Assembly: GCA_027494165.1 (NCBI GenBank)
Contig: JAOSJM010000005.1
Span: 1,452,461 to 1,516,460 of the forward strand
Reading direction: 5' to 3'
Length of the DNA: 64,000 bases
From: Acidimicrobiia bacterium
GTDB lineage: Bacteria > Actinomycetota > Acidimicrobiia > IMCC26256 > JAOSJM01
Position numbers and translations under genes: made by a program. This document shows, piece by piece, positions 1-11,428 of the stretch (position 1 is its first letter; every line of letters starts with the position of its first letter). The notes beneath the pieces were generated by a model. The model was not told the DNA's origin, searched no databases, and saw only the letters and a list, made by a program, of their open reading frames with translations.

Positions 1-171
1 CAGCTCGTCCGGGCGGACGTGGTCGCCGTTCGGGACACCGACGGGGAGGAGCTCCGGAAGGCCCTGCTCGACCGGTGCCGGCTCCACCTCCAACCGCACC
101 AGATCCCCCGCATCCTGCGGATCGTCGACTCCCTGGAGCAGAACGATGGCGGGAAGCTCGTCCGCAGGTAA
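1..171 (+). CDS. AMP-dependent synthetase/ligase, C-terminal fragment (5' end outside window)
   Basis: Frame 1 reads ...RILRIVDSLEQNDGGKLVRR and stops at TAA 169-171. The GK(L/V)xRR ending is typical of the acyl-CoA synthetase C-terminal domain. Confidence 0.6.
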   Translation, partial: QLVRADVVAVRDTDGEELRKALLDRCRLHLQPHQIPRILRIVDSLEQNDGGKLVRR

Positions 172-898
172 CCGGGTCGTCGTCGTCACGGGCGGGAGCC
201 GCGGGCTCGGGCAGGCCGTCGTCGAGCACCTGCTGGACCGCGGTGACGCCGTCGCCACCTGCAGCCGCAGCCGGACCCCGTTCGTCGACGCGGTCGAGCG
301 GGACCCCGATCGCTGCGACCGGTTCCTCTTCGCCGAGCTCGACATCGCCCGATCCGAATCGGTCCGCGAGCTCGTGAGGGCGACGGTGCAGCGGTTCGGC
401 GCTCTGGACGCGCTGGTCAACAACGCGGGGATCGCCCGCGACGGCCTCCTGGCCACGCAGTCCGTCGACCAGATCGACACGCTCGTCGACGTCAACCTCA
501 AGGGATCGCTGCTCGTGACCCGGGCCTGCCTGCGACCCATGCTGCGCGCCCGGGCCGGGCGGATCGTCAACATCTCCTCGGTCATCGGGTTGCGCGGCTA
601 CCGGGGCCTCGTCGCCTACGGCGCGACGAAGGGTGCGCTCGACGCCATGACCCGTGCCCTGGCGCGCGAGGTCGCCGAGGCGGGGATCACGGTGAACGGC
701 ATCGCCCCCGGCTACCTGGACACCGAGATGACCCACGGCCTCACCGAGCGGCAGATGACCCAGATCGTCCGCCGTACGCCGCTCGGCCGGCTCGGGACCC
801 CCGCCGACGTCCTGCCCGCGATCGACTTCCTGCTCTCGGAAGGAGCGGCGTTCGTCACCGGGCAGGTGCTGGTCGTGGACGGTGGACTCACCGCCTGA
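146..898 (+). CDS. SDR-family oxidoreductase (3-oxoacyl-ACP reductase FabG-like)
   Basis: 250-aa ORF with the TGGSRGLG Rossmann motif and an NNAG segment, matching the SDR fold. It overlaps the upstream ligase stop by 26 nt. Confidence 0.85.
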   Translation: MAGSSSAGNRVVVVTGGSRGLGQAVVEHLLDRGDAVATCSRSRTPFVDAVERDPDRCDRFLFAELDIARSESVRELVRATVQRFGALDALVNNAGIARDGLLATQSVDQIDTLVDVNLKGSLLVTRACLRPMLRARAGRIVNISSVIGLRGYRGLVAYGATKGALDAMTRALAREVAEAGITVNGIAPGYLDTEMTHGLTERQMTQIVRRTPLGRLGTPADVLPAIDFLLSEGAAFVTGQVLVVDGGLTA

Positions 899-931
899 CC
901 CGGCTGCGGTGGGAGCCGTCACGCCGGGACC

Positions 932-1492
932 TCACCCGGCGTCGCCGTCCCCGGCGGGCTCCCTGAGCACGACCCGGGCCGGCGCGGGCAGCACGGTCGC
1001 GCCGGGCGGCACGTCACGGAACACCACGGCTCCGATGCCGATCCGGGCCCGGTCACCGATGTGCACGGGTCCGAAGATCGACGCGCCGGTCCCGATGTAC
1101 ACGTCGTCGCCGATCACCGGGAGGACCAGGTCGGCGGGGAGCGCGCGACCCCGGTCGTCGAGCTGCTCGATGGCCCCGATGCTCACCCACTCGAAGACGG
1201 TGACGTTCCGGCCCATCCGGGTGAAGGGGTGGATGCAGACACCCCGCCCGCCGTGGGGGAGCCGCAGGCCCGGACCGATCCGGGCCGCCCTCGGGAGCTG
1301 GGCGCTCATGAGGAGCTCGATCCACACGAACTTCACCAGGAGGACCAGGGGGAGGAGCACGTGGCGCAGAGGACCGAACCGCGGGTCCGAGAGCCCCTGG
1401 CTGAGGCGGAACAGCGTCAGCGTGACGACGCTGAGGTACTCGCCGGGCGCGAGCCGGGCCAGATCCTCACGGAGCGCGCTGCGCCACTCCAC
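932..1492 (-). CDS. hexapeptide-repeat acyltransferase (maltose/serine O-acetyltransferase-like)
   Basis: 186-aa ORF with left-handed beta-helix hexapeptide repeats (IGDDVYIGTGASIFGPVHIGDRARIGIGAVV). Confidence 0.75.
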   Translation of the reverse strand: MEWRSALREDLARLAPGEYLSVVTLTLFRLSQGLSDPRFGPLRHVLLPLVLLVKFVWIELLMSAQLPRAARIGPGLRLPHGGRGVCIHPFTRMGRNVTVFEWVSIGAIEQLDDRGRALPADLVLPVIGDDVYIGTGASIFGPVHIGDRARIGIGAVVFRDVPPGATVLPAPARVVLREPAGDGDAG

Positions 1493-1682
1493 CGGCCGCG
1501 TACCCTACCGCCCGCTCGCCGGCGTGTCCTCGGCCGGAAGGCCTCGAGCACGGCCCCGCGCGGCGTGACGCACCCGCCAGGGGCGAGGCCCGGGCTCCTC
1601 CCGGCTGGCGGGCGGGGGGTGCGAGCATCGATGATCTGGCGCCGGCCGGTCGGCGTGACGGGCCAGAGGGTGAGGTGAGCCG

Positions 1683-2834
1683 TTGATCCCGAGGAGCTGC
1701 TTCGGCGAGGAGCACGATCTGTTCCGCGAGGGCTTCCGGAGGTTCGTGGAGGCCGAGATCGTCCCCCACCACCAGGAGTGGGAGGCGGCCGGCCGGGTCG
1801 ACAAGGCCATGTTCCGCAAGGCCGGCGAGGCCGGGTTCCTCGGCATGGCCGCCCCCGAGGAGCTCGGTGGCGGTGGCCAGCCCGACTTCCGCTTCAACCA
1901 GATCCAGGCCGAGGAGCTGAGCCGGGCCGACGTGATGACGTCGGGGATCTGCATGAACCTCCACAACGACATCTGCCTGCCCTACTTCCTCGCGGCCGCC
2001 GACGACGGGCAGCAGAAGCGCTGGCTCCCGGGGATCTGCTCCGGTGAGCTGATGACCGCCATCGCCATGACCGAGCCCGGGATGGGCTCCGACCTGGCCT
2101 CCATGCGCACGACGGCGATCCGGGACGGCGACCACTACGTGCTCAACGGGGCGAAGACCTTCATCACGAACGGGATCAACGCCGACCTCGTCATCGTGGC
2201 CGCCAAGACCGACCCCGAGGCGCGGCATCGGGGCATCACCCTCATGGTCGTCGAGGACGGCATGGACGGGTTCGAGCGCGGCCGCAACCTCGAGAAGGTC
2301 GGGCTGCACGCCCAGGACACGGCCGAGCTGTTCTTCAACGACGTCCGGGTCCCCGTCCACAACCGGTTGGGGGACGAGGGCTCGGGGTTCCTCCACCTCG
2401 TCACGAAGCTCCCCCAGGAGCGGCTGTCGATCGCCTGCGGAACCCTGGCCCACGCCCAGACCGCCTTCGACTGGACGCTGCAGTACGTCAAGGAGCGCGA
2501 GGCCTTCGGCCAGCCGATCGGCTCGTTCCAGAACAGCCGCTTCAAGCTGGCCGAGATGCGCACCGAGCTCGACATCGGCCAGGTGTTCGTCGACCGCTGC
2601 GTCGAGCTGCTGAACGCCGGCGAGCTCACCGCCGAGGACGCCTCCAAGGCCAAGCTGTGGTGCACCGAGCTCCAGGGTCGGGTCGTCGACCAGTGCGTCC
2701 AGCTCCACGGCGGGTACGGGTACATGGTCGAGTACCCCATCGCGCGCGCCTACCAGGACGCGCGGGTCTCCCGGATCTACGGCGGCGCCAACGAGATCAT
2801 GAAGGAGATCATCGGGCGGTCCCTGGGCGTGTAG
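1683..2834 (+). CDS. acyl-CoA dehydrogenase
   Basis: 383-aa ORF with ACAD N-terminal, middle and C-terminal domain motifs (EEHDLFRE, AMTEPGMGSD, YGGANEI). Confidence 0.9.
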   Translation: MIPRSCFGEEHDLFREGFRRFVEAEIVPHHQEWEAAGRVDKAMFRKAGEAGFLGMAAPEELGGGGQPDFRFNQIQAEELSRADVMTSGICMNLHNDICLPYFLAAADDGQQKRWLPGICSGELMTAIAMTEPGMGSDLASMRTTAIRDGDHYVLNGAKTFITNGINADLVIVAAKTDPEARHRGITLMVVEDGMDGFERGRNLEKVGLHAQDTAELFFNDVRVPVHNRLGDEGSGFLHLVTKLPQERLSIACGTLAHAQTAFDWTLQYVKEREAFGQPIGSFQNSRFKLAEMRTELDIGQVFVDRCVELLNAGELTAEDASKAKLWCTELQGRVVDQCVQLHGGYGYMVEYPIARAYQDARVSRIYGGANEIMKEIIGRSLGV

Positions 2835-2898
2835 CGGCGCGGCCTCCGTCACCCGGAGGCCGGCCGCGGGCCGAGGTCCGTCGCCGCTCCCGGCCGGG

Positions 2899-3174
2899 CT
2901 ACCCGAGCCAGTCCGAGATCTTGGGGAGCGCCTCGTCGACCGTGATGACCGGGCGGGTCTCGAGGTCCATGTACTCGGAGTACGCCAGGGCCCACTCGTA
3001 CGCGGTCGTCGCGTCGGTGATGTCCTCGACGAGGAGTCCGCCGCCGCCGTCGGCCCACACGTAGTGCGCGCGCGTCCCCGGTGTGGTCCCCTTCTCCGCG
3101 AAGAGCTTCATCATGTCCCGGGCGGCGTCCTTGTCGAGGTCGTCGCGGAACCGGTACGTCGTCACGAACAGCAC
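2899..3174 (-). CDS. DUF3303-like small protein
   Basis: 91-aa ORF beginning MLFVTTYRFRDDLDKDAARDMMKLFAEKG, a conserved small alpha/beta protein family. Confidence 0.55.
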   Translation of the reverse strand: MLFVTTYRFRDDLDKDAARDMMKLFAEKGTTPGTRAHYVWADGGGGLLVEDITDATTAYEWALAYSEYMDLETRPVITVDEALPKISDWLG

Positions 3175-3265
3175 GGCCGAACCCCCCTCGGTCCCGTCAC
3201 CGGACGGTCACGGCGATCGTGGCACGGGAGCGCCCGCACCACAAGGGGAGCGGTCCGTCGCCCGG

Positions 3266-4603
3266 TCAGCCGTCCCCGAACCAGCTCGCGTCGCCGAAGG
3301 CGAGGACCGTCCCGTCGGCGGCGACCAGCCAGTAGCCGTTCCCGGTCGCGGTCGGGACGACGCCGACCACGGGCGAGTCGAGCGACCGGTCGCCCGCCGA
3401 GCCGAAGAAGCGGGCGTCGCCGAACGTGAACACACCGCCGTCGGAGGCCACGAGCCAGTAGCCGTCGCCGGTGGGGGTGGGCGCCATCCCCATGACGGGC
3501 CGGTTGAGCCGGACGTCGCCGGTGGAACCCAGGAAGCGGGCGTCGCCGAACGTGAACACACCGCCGTCGGAGGCCACGAGCCAGTAGCCGTCGCCGGTGG
3601 GGGTGGGCGCCATCCCCATGACGGGCCGGTTGAGCCGGACGTCGCCGGTGGAACCCAGGAACCCGGCGTCGCCGAACGCGAAGACGCCGCCGTCGGCAGC
3701 GACGAGCCAGTAGCCGTCGCCGGTGGGGGTGGCGGCCATGCCCACGACGAGCTCGTTGAGGCGCGCGTGGCCGGTGGAGCCGAAGAACCCGGCGTCGCCG
3801 AAGGCGAAGAGGCCGCCGTCGGCGGCCACGAGCCAGTAGCCCCCGCCCGTGGGGGTCGGGGCCGCCCCCACCACGACCCAGGCGATGGGCACCCGGGCCA
3901 TCGAGCCCCGGTCGACCGCGTCGCCGTGGACGGCGACACCGCCCAGACCGGTGACCGTCGCGTATCCCTGCCCGTCGGCGCTGGGCAGCAGGCCGACCAC
4001 GTCGGCCCGGATCGGGTCGAGCCCGAGGTTCCCGCCGTCGCCCACCCACTCCCAGTGCCAGGGCTCGGGGCAGGCGCTGCCACCCGGCTCCGCCCAGCCG
4101 GGGTGGTTCCAGCCGACCGGGCCGGCCTCGCGCTTCAGGAAGGCGTAGGCCGGCGAGCCGAAGGTCAGCGTCCCGTCCGGGTCCTCGAGGTCGGCCGCCT
4201 TGCCCCACCCGTGCATCGACCGCCCCACCGGCTTGCCCGTCGGACTCGTCCCCACGCTCGCCACGCAGGCGGGGTTGCCGCCCGACAGGGCCTGCTGACG
4301 GATGACGACCTGCTCCTGGAGCGGCCGGTAGCACTGCTCGGCCCCGAGGCCCACCCCCTCGGCCCGGGCCAGCGAGAACAGGAGGCCGAGGCTGGGCCCC
4401 GTGCCCCGCGCCGCCAGGCAGCCCGGCCCCACCCGGACGAGCTCGCTCGCGGCGACCTCGCCGTTGACCTGGCCCGAGAGGGAGTTGGGCCGGTTCTCGG
4501 GGTGGATGGGGGTCGCCGCGCCCGCCGGCAGCGCCACGGCGGTGGCGAGCACGGCGACGGCGGCGAGCAGCAGCGGACCGGTCCGGCGGGTGAGGGTGCG
4601 CAT
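3266..4603 (-). CDS. secreted peptidase M15 (VanY-like D-Ala-D-Ala carboxypeptidase) domain protein with six C-terminal ~40-aa repeats
   Basis: Signal peptide LLLAAVAVLATAVALPAGAA. M15 motif SMHGWGKAADL. About six repeats of GYWLVAxDGGVFxFGDAxFxGSTG follow. A 117-bp exact tandem DNA duplication lies inside the gene (3419-3538 and 3539-3655). Confidence 0.75.
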   Translation of the reverse strand: MRTLTRRTGPLLLAAVAVLATAVALPAGAATPIHPENRPNSLSGQVNGEVAASELVRVGPGCLAARGTGPSLGLLFSLARAEGVGLGAEQCYRPLQEQVVIRQQALSGGNPACVASVGTSPTGKPVGRSMHGWGKAADLEDPDGTLTFGSPAYAFLKREAGPVGWNHPGWAEPGGSACPEPWHWEWVGDGGNLGLDPIRADVVGLLPSADGQGYATVTGLGGVAVHGDAVDRGSMARVPIAWVVVGAAPTPTGGGYWLVAADGGLFAFGDAGFFGSTGHARLNELVVGMAATPTGDGYWLVAADGGVFAFGDAGFLGSTGDVRLNRPVMGMAPTPTGDGYWLVASDGGVFTFGDARFLGSTGDVRLNRPVMGMAPTPTGDGYWLVASDGGVFTFGDARFFGSAGDRSLDSPVVGVVPTATGNGYWLVAADGTVLAFGDASWFGDG

Positions 4604-4694
4604 CGGCCCATTGAAGCATCGGGCTCCGTCCGGCGGGGATGGGCGGGCCGGCTCCGGGCGCGGGCCGAGCCGGTTCCCACGCCCGTCGTCACCG

Positions 4695-5150
4695 TCAGGC
4701 GTCGAGGGCGAGACCGGCCGCCATCGCCGCGCCGAGCTCCCGGCAGGCGTCGAGATCCTGGCGATCGGGCTCGCCCAGCACGGTCACCGGCTCCTGGGCC
4801 CGCCGCCACCGCAGGCCCGTCACGATCTTCTCGACGGCCCGCACCGCCCCGGTGGTGTCGTCGTTGCCGTGGACGTAGAGGCCGTAGGGGCGCCGGGCCG
4901 TCTCCTCGAGGCACGGGTAGTAGACCCGGTCGAAGAAGTGCTTGAGGGCCCCGGACATGTAGCCCAGGTTGGCCGGGGTCCCGAGCACGTAGCCGTCGGC
5001 GGCCATCACGTCGACCTCGGTGGCCGCCAGCGCGGCCCGGACGACGACCTCGACGCCCTCGATCCGCTCGTCGGTGGCCCCCGAGCGGACGGCCTCCAGC
5101 ATCGTGTGCGTCGAGGGCGACGGGGTGTGGTGGACGATCAGCAGCCTCAC
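4695..5150 (-). CDS. flavodoxin-like fold NAD(P)H-dependent oxidoreductase
   Basis: 151-aa ORF starting MRLLIVHHTPSPSTHTML with ...GYVLGTPANLGYMSGALKHFFDR, matching the flavodoxin_2 / NADPH-FMN reductase pattern. Confidence 0.7.
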   Translation of the reverse strand: MRLLIVHHTPSPSTHTMLEAVRSGATDERIEGVEVVVRAALAATEVDVMAADGYVLGTPANLGYMSGALKHFFDRVYYPCLEETARRPYGLYVHGNDDTTGAVRAVEKIVTGLRWRRAQEPVTVLGEPDRQDLDACRELGAAMAAGLALDA

Positions 5151-5280
5151 GCCAGAGGAGCCTGGCCAGCCGGCCGCCCGATGGCAAGGGCGCGCCCGGG
5201 GCGCGTGCCGGGCCGGGCAAGCTGTCGGGCGTTCGGCGTCGCCGGACGGATCGCCACCGGAGGCGGCGAGGGGAGGCGGG

Positions 5281-5788
5281 GTGCGCTACGAGCTGGTCCC
5301 CGAGGAGTCCGGGGTGCACGTGCGGGCCAGCTCGAGCCTGCACGCCGTCACCATGGACGCCACGGGCCTCACCGGCTACCTCGAGGCCGAGGTCGGCGAG
5401 GACGGCGCGGTGGCGCCCGAGCCCGTCTCCGCGGGGACGTCTCGTGGTCGCCGTCGACCGGCTCCGCTCCGGCAACCCGCTCTACGACCGCGAGGGGGCG
5501 CGCCGCATCGACGCCGACCGGTTCCCCGAGATCGTGGGGGAGCTCGTGGCGATGGAGCACCTCGGCGACGGGCGTCACCGGACCACCGGCCGGCTCACCT
5601 TCCACGGCGAGACTTGCGACGTCGAGGGCGAGCTCGTGGTCCGCCGGCCCGACGCCCGCACGGTCGTCCTCGACGGGGAACAGGTCTTCGACGTGCGCGA
5701 CTGGGGGGTCCGGCCCCCGCGCGTCCTGATGCTCAGGGTCCACCCCGACGCCCGGGTGCGCGTGCACCTGGTGGCCCGCCGCCGTTGA
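5281..5788 (+). CDS. YceI-family protein, apparent +1 frameshift near 5431-5436
   Basis: The N-terminal part (VRYELVPEESGVHVRASSSLHAVTMDATGLTGYLEAEV...) is in frame 1. The C-terminal part (LVVAVDRLRSGNPLYDRE...FPEIVGEL...) is in frame 2. Removing one G from the GCGGGG run joins them cleanly. Confidence 0.65.
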
Positions 5789-6072
5789 CGGCGTCGTCGG
5801 CCCGCTGCGACCGCCCGGCACGTGGTCCGGCGATCCCGCCGCCGGGCCGGGCTCGCGCGCCGTGGGACTAGCCCGTTCGGGCTAGGAGGTTTAGGCGAAT
5901 GTGACGATCTCGCCTGGCCCGTGACGAGCCGGGCAAACGGTCGCATCGGGTCATGGCGCGCGCACCGGGAGCGCCCGAGAATGACGGCACGGTGTCGCGC
6001 GTGACGCGCGTGCCCCGAACGACGCCGGTGGGTGGAGGCCCGGGGGATCCGCCGGGCGTCGAGGACGAGACC

Positions 6073-7981
<1,909 letters not shown>

Positions 7982-7985
<4 letters not shown>

Positions 7986-8210
7986 ACCCGGGGTGCCCGC
8001 GGGCACCGGTCAGCGCCGGGGTCGTGTGGTCGTAGAAGCCGCGCCCGGACTTCATCCCCAGGTGGCCGGCCGCGACCATCTGGCGGAGCACGCCCTCCTG
8101 AACCCGGGGTGCCCCGCGGGCACCGGTCAGCGCCGGGTCGTGTGGTCGTAGAAGCCGCGCCCGGACTTCATCCCCAGGTGGCCGGCCGCGACCATCTGGC
8201 GGAGCAGGGG
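7982..8210. repeat. direct tandem duplication (~115 bp x2) of the 3' end of the 3-hydroxyacyl-CoA dehydrogenase gene
   Basis: The unit cctcctgaacccggggtgcc(c)gcgggcaccggtcagcgccggg(g)tcgtgtggtcgtagaagccgcgcccggacttcatccccaggtggccggccgcgaccatctggcggagca occurs twice back to back. Copy 2 is the real C-terminus of the minus-strand gene. Confidence 0.85.
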
Positions 8211-8972
8211 CGGAGCGCGGAAGGCGTCGCCGAAGGCCTCGCGCAGGTCGTCGAGGATCGCCAGCAGGGTGTCGAGCCCGACCCGGTCGGCCAGCTCCAG
8301 GGGGCCCAGCGGGTGGTTGTAGCCCAGGCGCATGGCGGTGTCGATGTGCTCGGCGCTGGCGACGCCCTGCTCGAAGGCGCGGACGGCCTCGCACATCAGC
8401 AAGGTGCCGAGCCGGGTCGTGACGAAGCCGGGGAGGTCCCGGATCTCCACCGTCTCCTTCCCCAGCCGGGCGCAGAAGGCGAGGGCGGCGTCGAGCGTCG
8501 CGGCCGACGTCTCGGGGGAGCGCACCACCTCCACCAGGCGCATGGCCGGGACCGGGTTGAAGAAGTGGAGGCCCACCACCTGGGCCGGGCGCCCGCTGGC
8601 GGCCCCGAGCACCTGGATCGACAGGCCGCTCGTGTTCGAGGCCAGCAGGGAGGTGTCGCCGGCCGCGGCGCCGATGCGGGCCCACACCGCCCTCTTGAGC
8701 CCGAGGTGCTCGGGGACGGCCTCGACCACCACCTCGGCCGCTCCCACCGCGGCCGGGAGGTCGGCGACGACGTCGAGAGCGCCGAGCCCGTCGAGGTCCC
8801 CGCCCCGGTCCCGGGCCCGCCGCTCGTAGTGCTCGACGCGGTCGCGGGCCGCACCGAGCGCGTCGGGGTCGGCCTCGACCACGGTGACCGGGCAGCCCGC
8901 CGTCCGGGCCACGAACGCGATGCCCGCGCCCATGATCCCGCCGCCCACGACCACCACGGGAGGTCCGGGCAC
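8127..8972 (-). CDS. hbd: 3-hydroxyacyl-CoA / 3-hydroxybutyryl-CoA dehydrogenase
   Basis: 281-aa ORF with the NAD-binding motif VVVVGGGIMGAGIAFV plus the 3HCDH N- and C-terminal domains (LHFFNPV, LGYNHPLGP). Confidence 0.9.
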   Translation of the reverse strand: MPGPPVVVVGGGIMGAGIAFVARTAGCPVTVVEADPDALGAARDRVEHYERRARDRGGDLDGLGALDVVADLPAAVGAAEVVVEAVPEHLGLKRAVWARIGAAAGDTSLLASNTSGLSIQVLGAASGRPAQVVGLHFFNPVPAMRLVEVVRSPETSAATLDAALAFCARLGKETVEIRDLPGFVTTRLGTLLMCEAVRAFEQGVASAEHIDTAMRLGYNHPLGPLELADRVGLDTLLAILDDLREAFGDAFRAPPLLRQMVAAGHLGMKSGRGFYDHTTRR

Positions 8973-9374
8973 TCAGCCGTCCTTCCGCCGGACGATGAAG
9001 GTGCCCGTGGCGTTCGACACGACCTCACCGTCGCCGGAGCACACCGTCGCCTCGAGGTAGGCGACCTGGCGGGCCAGGCGGACGACCTCGCCCCGGACCC
9101 GGAGGTGGTCGCCCGCTCGGGCGGGCCGGATCGTGGAGATCTTCATCTCGAGGGTCGCCCCGTGCTCGCCCTTGTCGAGGGCCGCCGACATGGCGAAGTT
9201 CATGGCCGCGTCGAGCACCACGCCGTGGACGCCGGCCTGGACGATGCCGATCGGGTTGCAGGCGAGCTCGGTGGGGACCCACCCGGCACCCGACCAGCCC
9301 TCGCCGTAGCTGTCGAAGGCGACCCCGAGCCGACCGAGGAGCGGCATGCCGCCGTCGCCGAGGGAGCGGTCCAT
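8973..9374 (-). CDS. hotdog-fold acyl-CoA thioesterase (PaaI/YbgC-like)
   Basis: The C-terminal 133 aa of the 525-aa ORF read MDRSLGDGGMPLLGRLGVAFDSYGEGW...GEVVSNATGTFIVRR. ATG 9372-9374 follows GC-rich junk in the same frame. Confidence 0.7.
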   Translation of the reverse strand: MDRSLGDGGMPLLGRLGVAFDSYGEGWSGAGWVPTELACNPIGIVQAGVHGVVLDAAMNFAMSAALDKGEHGATLEMKISTIRPARAGDHLRVRGEVVRLARQVAYLEATVCSGDGEVVSNATGTFIVRRKDG

Positions 9375-9530
9375 GTCCCGTGCCACGGCCGGGGACGTTA
9401 GCGGTCCGGGCGCCGTCCCGGGGAGTCCCGCCGGCTCCCGCGGTGTTGACCGGGCCGAGCCCCACCGCCGACAATCGACCACCCGGTCCGTTCCCGTCCG
9501 GGAGCGTTCCCCACCCCGAGGAGACAGCTC

Positions 9531-10688
9531 ATGGCGACGGCCGTCATCGTCGACGCGGTCCGGACCCCGCTCGGACGCCGCAACGGCAAGCTCAAGGACA
9601 CCCACCCCGTCGACCTGGCCGCGATGACGCTGCGCGCCCTCGTCGAGCGCAACGACCTCGATCCGGCCCTCGTCGAGGACGTGATCATGGGCTGCGTCAT
9701 GCAGGTCGGCGAGCAGTCCATCAACGTCGGGCGCAACGCCGCCCTCGCGGCCGGGTTCCCCGAGTCCGTGGTCGGGACCACCGTCGACCGCCAGTGCGGC
9801 TCCTCGCAGCAGGCGGCCCACTTCGCGGCCCAGGGGGTCATCGCCGGCGCCTACGACGTCGTGATCGCCGCCGGCGTCGAGGTCATGACCAGGGTCCCCA
9901 TGGGCACGTCGGCGACCGTCGGCGGGATGCCGTTCGGGTCGAAGATGCTGGAGCGCTACCCGGACATGGTCCCCCAGGGCATCTCGGCCGAGCTCATCGC
10001 CGAGAAGTGGGGGCTGTCGCGCGAGGAGCTCGACGCGTTCTCGCTCGAGTCCCACCTCCGGGCGGCCCGGGCCACCGACGAGGGCCGCCTCGACCGGGAG
10101 ATCGTCCCGGTGACCGTCAGGACCGAGGAGGGCACCGAGGAGCTCCGGGTCGACGAGGGGTTCCGGCGCGACACGTCGCTCGAGAGGCTCGGGAGCCTCA
10201 AGCCGTCGTTCAAGCCCGACGGCGTCATCACGGCGGGGAACTCCTCGCAGATCAGCGACGGTGCCGCCGCGGTCCTGGTGATGAGCGAGGAGAAGGCGAA
10301 CGAGCTGGGTCTGGCGCCCCGGGCCCGCTTCCACACCTTCGCCCTCGCCGGCGTCGACCCGGTCACCATGCTCACGGGCCCCATCCCCGCCACCACGAAG
10401 GTGCTCGACCGGGCGGGGATGACCATCGACCAGATGGACGTCGTCGAGATCAACGAGGCGTTCGCCCCGGTCGTGCTGGCCTGGGAACAGGAGCACCACC
10501 CCGACATGGAGCGGGTCAACCCCAACGGCGGCGCGATCGCCATCGGCCACCCCCTGGGGTGCTCCGGGACGCGACTCATGGCCACCCTGCTCTGCGAGCT
10601 GGAGCGCACCGGCGGTCGGTTCGGGCTCCAGACGATGTGCGAGGGCGGAGGCATGGCCAACGCCACGATCATCGAGCGGCTCGGCTAG
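9531..10688 (+). CDS. acetyl-CoA C-acetyltransferase (thiolase)
   Basis: 385-aa ORF with thiolase N- and C-terminal signatures (VDRQCGSSQQA, NPNGGAIAIGHPLGCSG, MCEGGGMANA). Confidence 0.92.
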   Translation: MATAVIVDAVRTPLGRRNGKLKDTHPVDLAAMTLRALVERNDLDPALVEDVIMGCVMQVGEQSINVGRNAALAAGFPESVVGTTVDRQCGSSQQAAHFAAQGVIAGAYDVVIAAGVEVMTRVPMGTSATVGGMPFGSKMLERYPDMVPQGISAELIAEKWGLSREELDAFSLESHLRAARATDEGRLDREIVPVTVRTEEGTEELRVDEGFRRDTSLERLGSLKPSFKPDGVITAGNSSQISDGAAAVLVMSEEKANELGLAPRARFHTFALAGVDPVTMLTGPIPATTKVLDRAGMTIDQMDVVEINEAFAPVVLAWEQEHHPDMERVNPNGGAIAIGHPLGCSGTRLMATLLCELERTGGRFGLQTMCEGGGMANATIIERLG

Positions 10689-10747
10689 AGGGGCGGGCGG
10701 CCCCGGCCGACCGGGCCGGAGCCGGAGCCGGGGAGCCGTAGACTGCG

Positions 10748-10770
10748 GGGGCGCCCGACGGGCGCCCCCG
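10748..10770 (+). terminator. GC-rich hairpin downstream of the thiolase gene (no U-tract)
   Basis: GGGGGCGCCC-GAC-GGGCGCCCCC forms a perfect 10-bp stem with a 3-nt loop about 60 nt after the thiolase stop. Confidence 0.4.
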
Positions 10771-10774
10771 TCGC

Positions 10775-11044
10775 ATGTGGACCCTCGCCCGCATCCTGAT
10801 CGCGATCGGCGCCGCGCTGGTGCTCTACCTGATCGCCGCGGCGATCCTGAGGAAGTTCTGGATCCCGGCCCCCGAGGAGCCCGAGCCCGGCGAGCTCCGT
10901 CCCGTGCACCACCGCTACCGGTGCGTGGTCTGCGGGGCCGAGGTCACGATGACGGCCGCCCCGACCGACGAGGTGCCCGAGGCTCCACGGCACTGCCGCG
11001 AGGACATGGCGCTCGTCGTGGAGGCCGACGCCGACGGGGGCTGA
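10775..11044 (+). CDS. small membrane protein with CxxC...C motif (hypothetical)
   Basis: 89-aa ORF with an N-terminal TM helix (LARILIAIGAALVLYLIAAAIL) and a Cys-rich tail (YRCVVCGAEV...RHCRE). Confidence 0.45.
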   Translation: MWTLARILIAIGAALVLYLIAAAILRKFWIPAPEEPEPGELRPVHHRYRCVVCGAEVTMTAAPTDEVPEAPRHCREDMALVVEADADGG

Positions 11045-11171
11045 ACCAGCCCGCGACTTCTCCACAACCTGTGGACAACCTTGTGGGAAGTTACAGCCGT
11101 GGCATTCAAGTCGTGGTGGCGATGCCACGTTCCGTGGGATTCTGGGCCCGTATCGGCGACCGAGCGCGCGT

Positions 11172-11402
11172 TCAGCGGAACTGGGTGGCGAACAGGAAGC
11201 CGGCGGTGATCTCGGCGAGGCCCAGGAGGAGGAACCGGTTCGAGGTGCCGCCGGGGAGCAGGCCCACGTAGTTGAGCACGATCACGAGCGTCCCCAGCCC
11301 GAGCAGCGTGAACATGGCCACCGGGACCCAGAGCTTGCTGGGGGGCGGCTTCTTGGGGGGCGGCGGCGTGTACCGGGACCGCTTGCTCTTGGACTTGGGC
11401 AC
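11172..11402 (-). CDS. crgA: cell division protein CrgA
   Basis: 76-aa ORF starting [21 protein letters not shown] followed by two TM helices, the classic CrgA architecture. It sits at its conserved position next to pabA and pknB. Confidence 0.85.
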   Translation of the reverse strand: MPKSKSKRSRYTPPPPKKPPPSKLWVPVAMFTLLGLGTLVIVLNYVGLLPGGTSNRFLLLGLAEITAGFLFATQFR

Positions 11403-11428
11403 GCCCGGACAATAGTGGGCGGGCGGTC

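Noticed and set aside
3083-4945. 620-aa plus-strand ORF and 485-aa minus ORF (3162-4619) overlapping the M15 repeat protein
   Set aside because: These are alternative frames of the repeat-rich gene. They are Arg/Gly-rich with no homology signal. The frame with signal peptide, M15 motif and YWLVA repeats (3266-4603, minus) is the coherent one.
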